DNA of 64,000 nucleotides from Escherichia coli (GTDB lineage Bacteria; Pseudomonadota; Gammaproteobacteria; Enterobacterales; Enterobacteriaceae): NCBI RefSeq assembly GCF_965641715.1, contig NZ_OZ282453.1; one strand, 5' to 3'. Shown piece by piece: positions 54,612 to 64,000 of this stretch (position 1 is its first letter; each line of letters starts with the position of its first letter). The notes under the pieces were generated by a model. It saw only the letters and a program-made list of their open reading frames with translations, ran no database searches and was not told where the DNA came from. The position numbers and the translations under genes were made by a program.

Positions 54612-55430
54612 TTATGAGGCCAGTTGCAACATGTTTTCAGCCATCACCCACAGGGCGCGGTTGAGTTTGATATCGCCGTCGATGCCTTTAATGGCGCGGG
54701 TGTTCGTGCGACCACCTTTTGCCGTGCGCCCGTTTAACCCGCCTTTGATCAGGTTCTCCTGAATACGCTGGTAGGTCGTCCACAGATCGCCGGATTCATC
54801 CTGCCAGCGGCGCGGAGCCAGCAACTGGGATTCCGTCACTGGCTGGTGCTCTTCGCCAAAGCGGTAAGTCAGCGCCGCCTTTGCCAGCGCCTGTTGCGCA
54901 GGGGGAGGCAGCATCAGCGACTGCATGGCATCGAGTTTCTCTTCAACCTGGTCAAAAACACTGAGGACTTCAAAAGCGCCTTCAATCACTCTCTCCACCA
55001 CATTGCCTTTATGCGGTACCCGTACTTCACCAAACGACTCGCCGCAGACCAGTCCGTTACAACAAACAGATCGAAACAGCCCTGGCAGCATCTGATAAGA
55101 ACTGGAACCGTCATGGCTGTTGAGCAGAATAATTTCCGGCACCTGGTTGCGATTGATCTGGTCTTCCCGGCGCAGACGCAGCATGTGTTTTGTATGCTCA
55201 CGTTTACCCACATCACGAACGCGGGTCTGGCAGGCAAAGAAAGGATGAAATCCTTCACGCTGGAGGTTATCGAGCAGGGTAATGGTGGGAATATAGGTAT
55301 AGCGTTCGCTGCGTGATTCGTGCTTATTTTCCCCGAATACGCTGGGGACATACTGCATCAGTTCGTCATGCGTTAATGGGCGATCGCGACGGATTTGATA
55401 TACGCGACCAAAGCGGCTGGCTAATTTCAT
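54612..55430 (-). CDS. DUF932-family protein (YfjQ/YafZ-like)
   Basis: 272-aa ORF in the typical position upstream of the RadC/CbeA/CbtA module. Confidence 0.6.
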   Translation of the reverse strand: MKLASRFGRVYQIRRDRPLTHDELMQYVPSVFGENKHESRSERYTYIPTITLLDNLQREGFHPFFACQTRVRDVGKREHTKHMLRLRREDQINRNQVPEIILLNSHDGSSSYQMLPGLFRSVCCNGLVCGESFGEVRVPHKGNVVERVIEGAFEVLSVFDQVEEKLDAMQSLMLPPPAQQALAKAALTYRFGEEHQPVTESQLLAPRRWQDESGDLWTTYQRIQENLIKGGLNGRTAKGGRTNTRAIKGIDGDIKLNRALWVMAENMLQLAS

Positions 55431-55666
55431 GGTAAATTCCTTTATAAAGAATATAAAAAAACAGACCGCATCTTCTGAAAAATTGCGGTTAATTTAATGC
55501 GTGATTAAAACGGGTGGCAGTATGGGCGGGATTAAATAATAGGTGCGTGCAGATATTAAATTACATCCCGGCAGTGCATATATGAGCGTGATATAGTGCT
55601 GAAATAATACATATCTGAATTCTCCCGGTGATTATTACCGGGAGAATTTAAGTTTGAAATGACACC

Positions 55667-56620
55667 TCAACCACGGGATAATCTTGTTTCTATTCCCTGA
55701 ACCCTTTCATCTATTAGTCTTTCAATAACGGATATTTTATCTGACTTGTAAAATTTAACCAGAAAATCCAGACGTTCCTTATGCATATCACTGATAGACT
55801 CCCGTTCCCGTTTTTCAGAAAGTTTACGTCTGAAGTTTTTTTGGTAAAACGCTTTATTTATTTTCTTTACAGCATTCTGCTGGAGATCATCATCCGCTGA
55901 CCATAAATCCAGCATGGCATAAACTGCGTGATAGGTTTCTACACTATTCAGTGGTTCCGGAATCTGAACGGGGTCTAAATGGTTTCCTGTATTACCGCCG
56001 TGCTCTTTCTGGAATTTATTAATGTAATTATAAGCCCATGTACAGACTTCGCTATTATCCTCAGTAAGCCAGCGTAATTTTATTCTCTGATGTTCATTTG
56101 CTCTCCAGAATACAAGCCTCTCATATAGCCACTGTCTCATCAACGGTGCCTGATTAGTCTCAATATTAATATAGTCCAGTAATGCAACGATGAGTGAGTA
56201 TCTTTCGCTATGGCTTGCAGGAGAATCTGTTATTCCGGCTTTCTGATACCAGTTAGTGTTTAAATTCGTGCCCAGCTTATTGTTAATTGACTCCATACAG
56301 CGGTAATCAAGACACATCACACCCCATAGCCAGAACGTCGCTCTTTCATTTTCTTTTAACCAACTAAAATATTTCTCCGGCAGAAGTGTCGTATTAATTG
56401 CCAGTTCCAGTGAGCGAATAAAATTGCTCCGCTGAATGGGGTCGGGATACCCGGCCTCGAGTGCTGTATTAATAATTCTCTCCGAAAGGGATGTATCTGG
56501 ATTGTTCCCGTCAAACGCGAATTGATTTGCTCCCTGAATGTTTTTCCTGATGTACCAGAAGAGGAACCTGCTGGTTCGGATGTCCTTCACTGCTATTGAT
56601 GAGCGCACATTAACGGCCAT
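55667..56620 (-). CDS. hypothetical island protein
   Basis: 317-aa ORF, no recognisable motif. Confidence 0.5.
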   Translation of the reverse strand: MAVNVRSSIAVKDIRTSRFLFWYIRKNIQGANQFAFDGNNPDTSLSERIINTALEAGYPDPIQRSNFIRSLELAINTTLLPEKYFSWLKENERATFWLWGVMCLDYRCMESINNKLGTNLNTNWYQKAGITDSPASHSERYSLIVALLDYINIETNQAPLMRQWLYERLVFWRANEHQRIKLRWLTEDNSEVCTWAYNYINKFQKEHGGNTGNHLDPVQIPEPLNSVETYHAVYAMLDLWSADDDLQQNAVKKINKAFYQKNFRRKLSEKRERESISDMHKERLDFLVKFYKSDKISVIERLIDERVQGIETRLSRG

Positions 56621-57213
56621 TGTTCTACCTCGTCATCCTTGTTAAATCAGTCGAAATCAATAGCGTAATTATGACGTGTTTTCGAAGTAAAACCGTAGCA
56701 ATAAATCAATAAAAGTGGAAAACACGTAGTAATATCGTGTTATTCCATAGTAATAGAGTACCATTAACGTAGTTTTTTATTTATCACCATACTCACAGAT
56801 CCCGCCTGTAGAAAATGGCTGGATAGACTTAAATTTATTGCACTTATAGACCTGGTGGCTTTACGGGTGAAACCTCCCAGGATAACGAGTTGACATCTGG
56901 AAGATGTCATTCATGACCGCAACTCATAGATTAAATCAATGTATTAATTATAACTTAAGAGTAAAACTCTTTGTCTTCAAGAACAGATAATTAACTACGA
57001 ACACCAGTAAATACCGGGCTTCTACTCTTTTTATCACCCTTTCTTTATGAATCAACATTGCCGGTATTAATATTATGTTTATCACTCATTCATTAGATTC
57101 AGCATATAGAGGGATGACACCAGAGACAGGGAAAAGTAATCCAGATCGGCATAGCTCAGTGAAAAGTTACTACAGCACTTATGGATATGTAACCAACCAC
57201 AAGGAACTGAAGC

Positions 57214-57828
57214 ATGAAACTGAATGAACGATATGGCAAGCCTAATGCACACTATATGAAACGTCTGGAAGAGATTACTCGCTATGCGATGGAGGATTAC
57301 GCCAGAATACTGGCTTTCAGAGTGGATTTATTACTGCCAGTGGATAATAGCCATAAAGGGTATGACTCTGCGGTTATTACCCGTTTTATAGCCTCACTGA
57401 AAGCACAGATAGCCGCATATTTACAACGTCGCAGGAGAGACGGTAAACGTGTTTATCCCTGTAAGCTGCGATATGCATGGGTAAGAGAATTTGGTGAACT
57501 GAATGGCAACAAGCATTATCACATGCTGTTGTTGGTTAATCGGGAAGTATTCAGAAACACCATGCTGAATACGGAGAATTCAGCGCAACCTCGCGGATTG
57601 CTGGTGGGAATGGTAGCGCGGGCATGGGCTGTGGCGCTTAGGCGTACCGGAGATATGGCAAATAAAGTCCCCTTTCATTTACCAGGCGTCTCTTATGAAC
57701 TTGATCGCAGAAATGGCACAAATACGGACTTTTTCCGCAGCTACATATACCACATCAGTTATCTGGCGAAGGAGTACACCAAAAACCACGATGACGGTGA
57801 ACGTAACTTTGGTTGTAGTCAGGGATAA
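57214..57828 (+). CDS. YagK/YfjJ-family protein (inovirus Gp2-like)
   Basis: 204-aa ORF; recalled resemblance to K-12 cryptic-prophage YagK/YfjJ. Confidence 0.6.
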   Translation: MKLNERYGKPNAHYMKRLEEITRYAMEDYARILAFRVDLLLPVDNSHKGYDSAVITRFIASLKAQIAAYLQRRRRDGKRVYPCKLRYAWVREFGELNGNKHYHMLLLVNREVFRNTMLNTENSAQPRGLLVGMVARAWAVALRRTGDMANKVPFHLPGVSYELDRRNGTNTDFFRSYIYHISYLAKEYTKNHDDGERNFGCSQG

Positions 57829-57945
57829 GTAATTTATTACCGGAGAAGTGATTGTAATGGCGGAGTATGTAACATCATCTTAAATCAAAGGGTTAGTGTT
57901 GCTGCTCCTGTCTTTTATCAACGTAAAGACAGAAGGACAATCGTC

Positions 57946-58164
57946 ATGAACAATCAACCGAATACCGATACTGACCTGATGAATGACAAACTGGTGACGA
58001 TGGCATTTATTACCACGTTTACTGGCCTGACCGACAAATGGTTTTATAAACTGATTAGTGAAGGCAAGTTTCCAAAGCCTATCAAACTGGGGCGTAGTTC
58101 CCGCTGGCGGGAAAGTGAAGTTAAACGCTGGCTGACGGAACGTATTGCAGAATCCCGCTATTAA
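57946..58164 (+). CDS. AlpA-family phage transcriptional regulator
   Basis: 72-aa ORF, MerR-like HTH (LVTMAFITTFTGLTDKWFYKLISEGKFPKPIKLG). Confidence 0.75.
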   Translation: MNNQPNTDTDLMNDKLVTMAFITTFTGLTDKWFYKLISEGKFPKPIKLGRSSRWRESEVKRWLTERIAESRY

Positions 58165-58366
58165 TCCCCCTGACACTATCTCTACACGCTTTACCCATAA
58201 CGCTATATCAGTGAGCGCCTGACAGGGCCGTTGCTGTGCATCTATCGACGTGTAACTTCATTATGCCCGGATGAAATACGTTTCGTTTAACGTTGTCGAA
58301 AAATAATTAACCGGGGAATAGCCTGCTTATTTAGCAGGAATTCCCCGGATGCTGCTACAGGTAAAA

Positions 58367-59152
58367 TTAGGAATTAAATGTCCAGCTCCCCGTATCGGTC
58401 ACAATGTCAGCTTCAATGATACGGTCACACTTCATATATTTGAACGTAGCCACATCACCGAATTTATATTTAGCTGGCAGGGTTCTGTTACCGACGCTCT
58501 CCATTTTACAGTTCCCTCTGTTTACCCGAATGGATTTCAGCACCACGTTGTCATCAGTGATAGTGAGCTGAATAACACCATATCTGGTATTCCAGCCTTC
58601 ATTGCTGACAGAGCTGCCGAACTGAACTTTAAACGGTGGTGTCGTAGATTGCTGTGCCTGCTGTTGTTGAGAGGGAGCAGGTTTATTAGCCTGCTGGCTA
58701 CCAACGCCATTAATGCCATTCTGAAGGAGGCTCCTGGAAACCTTAATGGTACCCGGCTTGCATGATACTGTGCTGGTTTCCTGCCCCATTGCATTCATGG
58801 CAGTGTAATAAGCATCACCTGTACCATCATATTCTGAGTAATTGACGGCAACCGCGCCTTCGATATCTTCATTTTCTCCACGTAATGTGAAAGAAGCAGT
58901 TCCTGCTCCCGGATTAGCCGCCAGAGTCTGTTTCGCTTCGCCGGAAGGAATATCCAGTTTGATAACGGAACCACCTTCTTCGGAGTCACCACCTGGCGTT
59001 TCAAAACTGATATAAACGGTATTGCTGACGTGGCTGAGTGTCATTTGCTCACCGTTATCAAGCAGACATTGCAGGTCATAGGCCCCGACAGCATAAGCAG
59101 GGTGGAATGCAAATAAAAATACAAACAATACAGGTATAATGATTGGTTTCAT
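58367..59152 (-). CDS. secreted protein of unknown function
   Basis: 261-aa ORF with N-terminal signal peptide MKPIIIPVLFVFLFAFHPAYA. Confidence 0.6.
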   Translation of the reverse strand: MKPIIIPVLFVFLFAFHPAYAVGAYDLQCLLDNGEQMTLSHVSNTVYISFETPGGDSEEGGSVIKLDIPSGEAKQTLAANPGAGTASFTLRGENEDIEGAVAVNYSEYDGTGDAYYTAMNAMGQETSTVSCKPGTIKVSRSLLQNGINGVGSQQANKPAPSQQQQAQQSTTPPFKVQFGSSVSNEGWNTRYGVIQLTITDDNVVLKSIRVNRGNCKMESVGNRTLPAKYKFGDVATFKYMKCDRIIEADIVTDTGSWTFNS

Positions 59153-59164
59153 TAAGCACTTTCC

Positions 59165-60178
59165 CTATCCAAAAAAATGGTCCCAGGCATTACCAGCCCA
59201 CTCGATAAGTTTGTCTTTCCCCTTACGGGTAAGCTCTTTGACAGGCTTTGGTAACGGAAAAGAATCAATAACGTCGTCGAGTATCCCGGAGATTACGCTG
59301 CCGAAGCCGTTTTTTGCTTCCGTCTTGACCTCTTCGGTTTTGAACTCATCCTTAAACTGCGAAGCCGTGCTACTTTTAGCCCGATCAGGCAAAGCCCGAA
59401 TAATAGTCTCTACCAGACGAAGAATGTTGTAGCCCTCATCGGCGGAGACAGGTGTCACCGGATAGTGCGTAAAACCAAATCGTTCAGTAATGTAGGCTTC
59501 TTTCTTTTCGATGTTGATGCGCTGTGCAGGAGATGGCTGATGCAGATGAGTATCCCACTCGCGGAATGGCTCAATTTTATCAACCTGGTTAAGGACGAAT
59601 AAAACGCGCTCACCCCCACCAGCAGGGAGCAGAACATTGTTGTAGAAATGCTCATCCGCAGAAAAGGCCCGATCGTCTCCTTTTATTACCCACAGGATAA
59701 GATCCAGGGAGGGAAGCAAATTGCGGTATAAATCTTCATACTCCTTATCCCGCCGGGCATTCTCACCGACACCAGGTATATCAATGATCTTTAGCGAATG
59801 TTTGCCGAAGCGTATACGCAATTCCTGAACTTCGCGAGTACATGCCTCAACGTCGCTAACTGCACAAACCTCCCCTTTAAACAGCGCATTACATACGCTG
59901 CTTTTCCCCGCGCCTGTTTTTCCCATGACACCAATCACAGGTTCATAGTCGATGGCTTCACTGATTTTGTTCAACAGCTTTTCCCGCAGTGGCTGAGGGA
60001 AAATATCAAGAATATCCCTGATGTCGGGTATGTGCGGTTTGCTATCACCTTTTTGCTCGTTGCTACCATTACGTTCTGGAAATATATTGCCCCACATTCC
60101 AAAAATCCCGCCTTCCCTTCTGGTGACGCCACTGGCATCAGTAATCATCCGGCCTTCGCCCTTTACCGGGTCATCCAT
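59165..60178 (-). CDS. small GTPase (YfjP/YeeP/YkfA family)
   Basis: P-loop GKTGAGKSS and DxxG (DIPGVGE) motifs. Confidence 0.8.
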   Translation of the reverse strand: MDDPVKGEGRMITDASGVTRREGGIFGMWGNIFPERNGSNEQKGDSKPHIPDIRDILDIFPQPLREKLLNKISEAIDYEPVIGVMGKTGAGKSSVCNALFKGEVCAVSDVEACTREVQELRIRFGKHSLKIIDIPGVGENARRDKEYEDLYRNLLPSLDLILWVIKGDDRAFSADEHFYNNVLLPAGGGERVLFVLNQVDKIEPFREWDTHLHQPSPAQRINIEKKEAYITERFGFTHYPVTPVSADEGYNILRLVETIIRALPDRAKSSTASQFKDEFKTEEVKTEAKNGFGSVISGILDDVIDSFPLPKPVKELTRKGKDKLIEWAGNAWDHFFG

Positions 60179-60217
60179 ACGAGGTCTCCTTTTTTAATTT
60201 GAAATAAACGTTGTCTG

Positions 60218-60901
60218 TTACTCTCTGAAGGTCTGAATTACGTCACTTATGAAACGAAAGTGTGGGAGGGCTGAAATGAACTCTTCACTGGCAGTCAGAG
60301 CATCAAGTTCAGGCTTTCTGCGAAAAGAGGTATCCAGAACGGTTACGGCGTTAACGTCTTCCATCCGAAACACCTGTAAATTTCTGGTGCGGGTAGCAAC
60401 AAGAAACCAGTTTTTGGACTGAAATATCAGACGGCGGGGAGCTACTGCTTCGTAGCTTTTACCGTTAACTAATAATGTAACGGCGCGGTAGTCGCGGATA
60501 GCTTCCGCCAGTTCCAGAAAACAGGCGGTTTGTGTAACTGGAGATGGCAGCCCTCCATGCCCTATAAGGCACGGCGAGCTTCCGGAGTTACTGGTAATCA
60601 GTCGAATTAACCTGCGATTCTGAGCCGGAATAATCCCTGAAATCCCGGAATTACGGATAAACGCAAAGGTGTTGGGTGAGTGCTCCCGGCCCGTTCGGCG
60701 GGTAAGTCGATAGCTTCCGCTGGAATGCTCAAGATCCAGATGGATTAGGCGTTGCTGAAAATCCCTCTGTAGGGTGCGTTCTGAGACACCAAATTCATCA
60801 GCTAACGCTTTAAGCTCCAGAGATTCGCCAGCTAGTAAGCGGGTGATAATGACCGATAGCCTGACAGACAGGCGGTCATAATGATCATGCTGTGTTTTCA
60901 T
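60218..60901 (-). CDS. YfjR-like HTH transcriptional regulator (DeoR/WYL-type)
   Basis: ORF 60218-60988; likely start MKTQHDHYDRL; N-terminal HTH (LKALADEFGVSERTLQRDF). Confidence 0.65.
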   Translation of the reverse strand: MKTQHDHYDRLSVRLSVIITRLLAGESLELKALADEFGVSERTLQRDFQQRLIHLDLEHSSGSYRLTRRTGREHSPNTFAFIRNSGISGIIPAQNRRLIRLITSNSGSSPCLIGHGGLPSPVTQTACFLELAEAIRDYRAVTLLVNGKSYEAVAPRRLIFQSKNWFLVATRTRNLQVFRMEDVNAVTVLDTSFRRKPELDALTASEEFISALPHFRFISDVIQTFRE

Positions 60902-61216
60902 GGTGGGGACAGTCCTGTTCTCCCAAAATATCATGGTATTGATACGAGAGATTATGCCGTACAGGTACGACACGTTATGTCGTAGCAAAGGGGAGTGGAT
61001 AGAAAAAATGGCGAAGATGTGAAGAGTTGATTAATTCATTGAAACAAAATGAATTAATAATAATTTTGGGTAAAAGCGACGTCAAAATACGACATAACCT
61101 GTCGTATTTTGTTTTAGCCGGGAAAGGATAACTGCTACTTACTAAAATGATTTAGTGCTGAAAATATTTATAAGCCAATAAATAGACCGGTATTACGGAG
61201 TAACGCCCCGGCTATG

Positions 61217-62194
61217 TTAACGTGCCCGCTGTTTTATCGGCTCAAAAAACATATCCCAGAGATGTTCAGCCATACCCTCGTTAGTGAGCAAGGTATCCCT
61301 TGAGTAGCCAGGGCTGAAGACGCCCATTGATGGGCGAAAACCAAGGTTCTGGCCGTTATTGTCAATGGTTAAGATTTCATTGTAAGCATTGCCAATCACG
61401 CCATCCTGGCTATAACCAATATCGCCCATCCCCATATTTCGCCCGCTATTACGCCAGATTGCACATTGACCTACTTTGCTTCCCCCAATGTAGATCGCAC
61501 AAGTGAAGGCATCTGCGTCACGCTTATTAAAATCGACCTCTAACCCGGCATGGCGTTTTTTGAGTTCAGTCAGCGAGCCTTCAAAATAACGGGCGACATA
61601 TTCAAAACCGTCACGGCAGGCACGATCCTTATCAAGATCGGTAAAACGTTTTGGCAGTGAAAGGTTGCTCGAGCGTGGTGTAAAAACGGTATCCGTCGCC
61701 TGAAGCATTGGATTAGCCGGAGCTGGGGCGTGCACAATCTGTTGCGGCTTTTTCGCTTCCAAATTGGCAATAGCGCGGGAAACGGCATCGACAACCTGAA
61801 CATAGCCTTCATCATGGCTGGCAAATTTATCAATTGGCTTACCGTCAACAGTTGCCGCCAGAATGCGGCCAAACGGTAACATCTTCCACGCGCATTCTCT
61901 TAAGATCACCGGAATGACCACCGCCTCGCCCCGGCTATGTCGCTCCAGAGCGTTGGTCATTTCTACCTGATAGCAATAATCAGAAGCGATAAAATCACTG
62001 CTAATCAGCAACAGGATGATGTCTGCCTGAGAAAAGTAATGATCTATTTGGTTCTCAAACTCTTGTCCTGGAATGATGCGACGATCATGCCATGTCGTGA
62101 TCTTGCCCATGCGTTTCAGGGGGGAAAGATGCTTCTCAAGCTCATTGCGCAGAGCTTCGTCTGCATGAGAATAGGAAAAAACAAGAGAGGTCAT
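61217..62194 (-). CDS. TIR-domain protein with C-terminal domain of unknown function
   Basis: N-terminal TIR_2-like signature (VFSYSHADEALRNELEKHL ... ADIILLLISSDFIASDYCYQVEMTNALERH ... VIPVILREC); C-terminal ~200 aa unassigned. Confidence 0.75.
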   Translation of the reverse strand: MTSLVFSYSHADEALRNELEKHLSPLKRMGKITTWHDRRIIPGQEFENQIDHYFSQADIILLLISSDFIASDYCYQVEMTNALERHSRGEAVVIPVILRECAWKMLPFGRILAATVDGKPIDKFASHDEGYVQVVDAVSRAIANLEAKKPQQIVHAPAPANPMLQATDTVFTPRSSNLSLPKRFTDLDKDRACRDGFEYVARYFEGSLTELKKRHAGLEVDFNKRDADAFTCAIYIGGSKVGQCAIWRNSGRNMGMGDIGYSQDGVIGNAYNEILTIDNNGQNLGFRPSMGVFSPGYSRDTLLTNEGMAEHLWDMFFEPIKQRAR

Positions 62195-62410
62195 AGTGCG
62201 TAAGATGCTCCGATAGGGATGTGGAAAATACCGTTATTCTGCGCCGATAAGTGTAAAAGAGTTATCCCCCCTTACCACAAGGTATTGATGCGGAAATCAG
62301 TCCTACATCTTGGTATCGCTCTGACGTCAGGGTATGATCTCTAACAATTTCCCCGATTTTACACAACCTAGACACCAAACCAGGATCAGATGATTTTTTT
62401 GAGGTTTTAA

Positions 62411-64000
62411 TGGACAACGCTGAACAGCAATTTCTGAACGATCTGGATACTAAGTTCTGGAAAGCCGCAGACAAGCTACGCGCCAATATGGACGCAGCCA
62501 ACTACAAGCATGTGGTACTTGGGCTTATCTTTCTGAAGTATGTTTCAGATGCCTTTGACGCACGCCAGAAGGAACTGAAAGGACTGTTTGAAGACAAGTC
62601 CAACCCGGACAACATTTACGCGCTGTCTCGTGACGATTACGACACAGAAGAGGCGTACCAGCAGGCGATCGCAGAAGAGCTGGAAGTTCAGGATTACTAC
62701 ACTGAGAAAAACGTCTTCTGGGTACCCAAACTGGCTCGCTGGGAAACGCTTAAAACCAATGCTGCTCTACCTGTAGGGACGGTTCTGGGGAAAGACGATA
62801 GCGGCAAAGATATCGTCATGACGTCAGTATCGAAGCTGATTGATATCGCTCTGGATACTATCGAAAACAGCAACCCGAAACTGAAAAACATCCTTAACTG
62901 TATCGGACACTATCAGCTTGGTAACGACCTGCTAATTAGCCTGATTAACGTTTTCTCCGATACCAGTTTCAGCGAACCCAAATACAATGGCGTGAAGCTC
63001 AATTTGAAGAGCAAAGATATTCTCGGCCACGTTTACGAATACTTCCTTGGTCAGTTTGCACTGGCGGAAGGCAAACAGGGCGGCCAGTATTACACGCCGA
63101 AAAGCATCGTTACGCTGATTGTTGAAATGCTCCAGCCCTACAATGGCCGCGTGTATGACCCGGCGATGGGATCTGGCGGTTTCTTCGTTTCCAGCGATCG
63201 CTTTATCGAAGCACACGCTGATGAAAAGCATTACAACGCCGCTGAACAAAAACGCAATATCTCCGTTTACGGGCAGGAGTCCAACCCTACCACCTGGCGT
63301 CTGGCTGCGATGAATATGGTGATTCGCGGTATTGATTTTAACTTCGGTAAACAAAACGCCGATACGTTCCTGAACGACCAGCACCCGGATTTACGTGCCG
63401 ATTTTGTTATGGCGAACCCGCCATTCAACATGAAGGAGTGGTGGAACGCCAAGCTGGAAAACGACGTGCGCTGGAAATACGGCACGCCGCCTCAGGGCAA
63501 CGCCAACTTTGCGTGGATGCAGCACATGATCCACCACCTGGCGCCAAAAGGCTCGATGGCGCTGCTGCTGGCGAACGGTTCGATGAGCTCTAACACCAAC
63601 AACGAAGGCGAGATCCGCCGCAACCTGATCGAAGCCGATCTGGTCGAGTGCATGGTCGCGCTGCCAGGTCAGTTGTTTACCAACACCCAAATCCCGGCCT
63701 GTATCTGGTTCCTGACCAAAGACAAATCCGGCGGTAACGGCAAAGCACACCGTAAAGGCGAAGTGTTGTTTATCGACGCGCGTCAGATTGGCTTTATGAA
63801 AGACCGCGTGCTGCGTGATTTTAGCCGTGAAGATATCGCCAGAATTGCTGATATCTTCCACGCCTGGCAGACGGATAAAGGCTATGAAGACGAAGCTGGA
63901 TTCTGTTTCTCCGCAACGCTGGAAGATATCCAGAAAAACGACTTTGTGTTGACCCCTGGGCGCTATGTCGGTGCGGCCGAGCAAGACGAAGACGATGAGC
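62411..64000 (+). CDS. hsdM: Type I restriction-modification N6-adenine DNA methyltransferase (HsdM), 3'-truncated by window edge
   Basis: Open frame from ATG 62411 to window end; HsdM N-terminal domain, AdoMet motif (DPAMGSGGFF) and NPPF catalytic motif (VMANPPFN). Confidence 0.85.

Noticed and set aside
62262-62501. 79-aa minus-strand ORF overlapping the hsdM start
   Set aside because: Overlaps the hsdM promoter and 5' coding region on the opposite strand; likely spurious

Overview
Enterobacterial (Escherichia coli-like) chromosomal window. Gene names are recognised from memory of E. coli K-12 proteins; no database search was run. About 40 kb is conserved backbone: mdtM (5' partial), yjiN, yjiM, yjiL, yjiK, yjiJ, kptA, yjiH, yjiG, iadA, hypT, iraD, yjiC, uxuR, uxuB, uxuA, gntP, the complete type 1 fimbrial cluster fimHGFDCIA with the fimS invertible switch and fimE/fimB, then nanC-nanM-nanS. 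Two accessory insertions interrupt this backbone: an AT-rich pentapeptide-repeat gene (EspX/PipB2-like putative effector) between yjiL and yjiK, and a 1746-aa inverse-autotransporter adhesin between yjiJ and kptA. Past nanS (about 40.2 kb onward) the sequence departs from K-12 order into a mosaic island: an HNH endonuclease, an IS3-family transposase remnant, a two-gene operon of a very large divergent SF2 helicase (about 1570 aa) translationally coupled to an unrecognisable 743-aa protein, a P4-type integrase remnant, an XRE regulator, a ParE/RHH toxin-antitoxin pair, a CP4-like module (CbtA/CbeA, RadC-like, DUF932, YagK-like, AlpA, GTPase, YfjR-like regulator), a TIR-domain protein and the start of a Type I R-M hsdM. 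The helicase operon is my best candidate for an undescribed system, most plausibly anti-phage defence; the TIR protein and the HNH endonuclease are secondary candidates. No rRNA, tRNA or CRISPR array was recognised.
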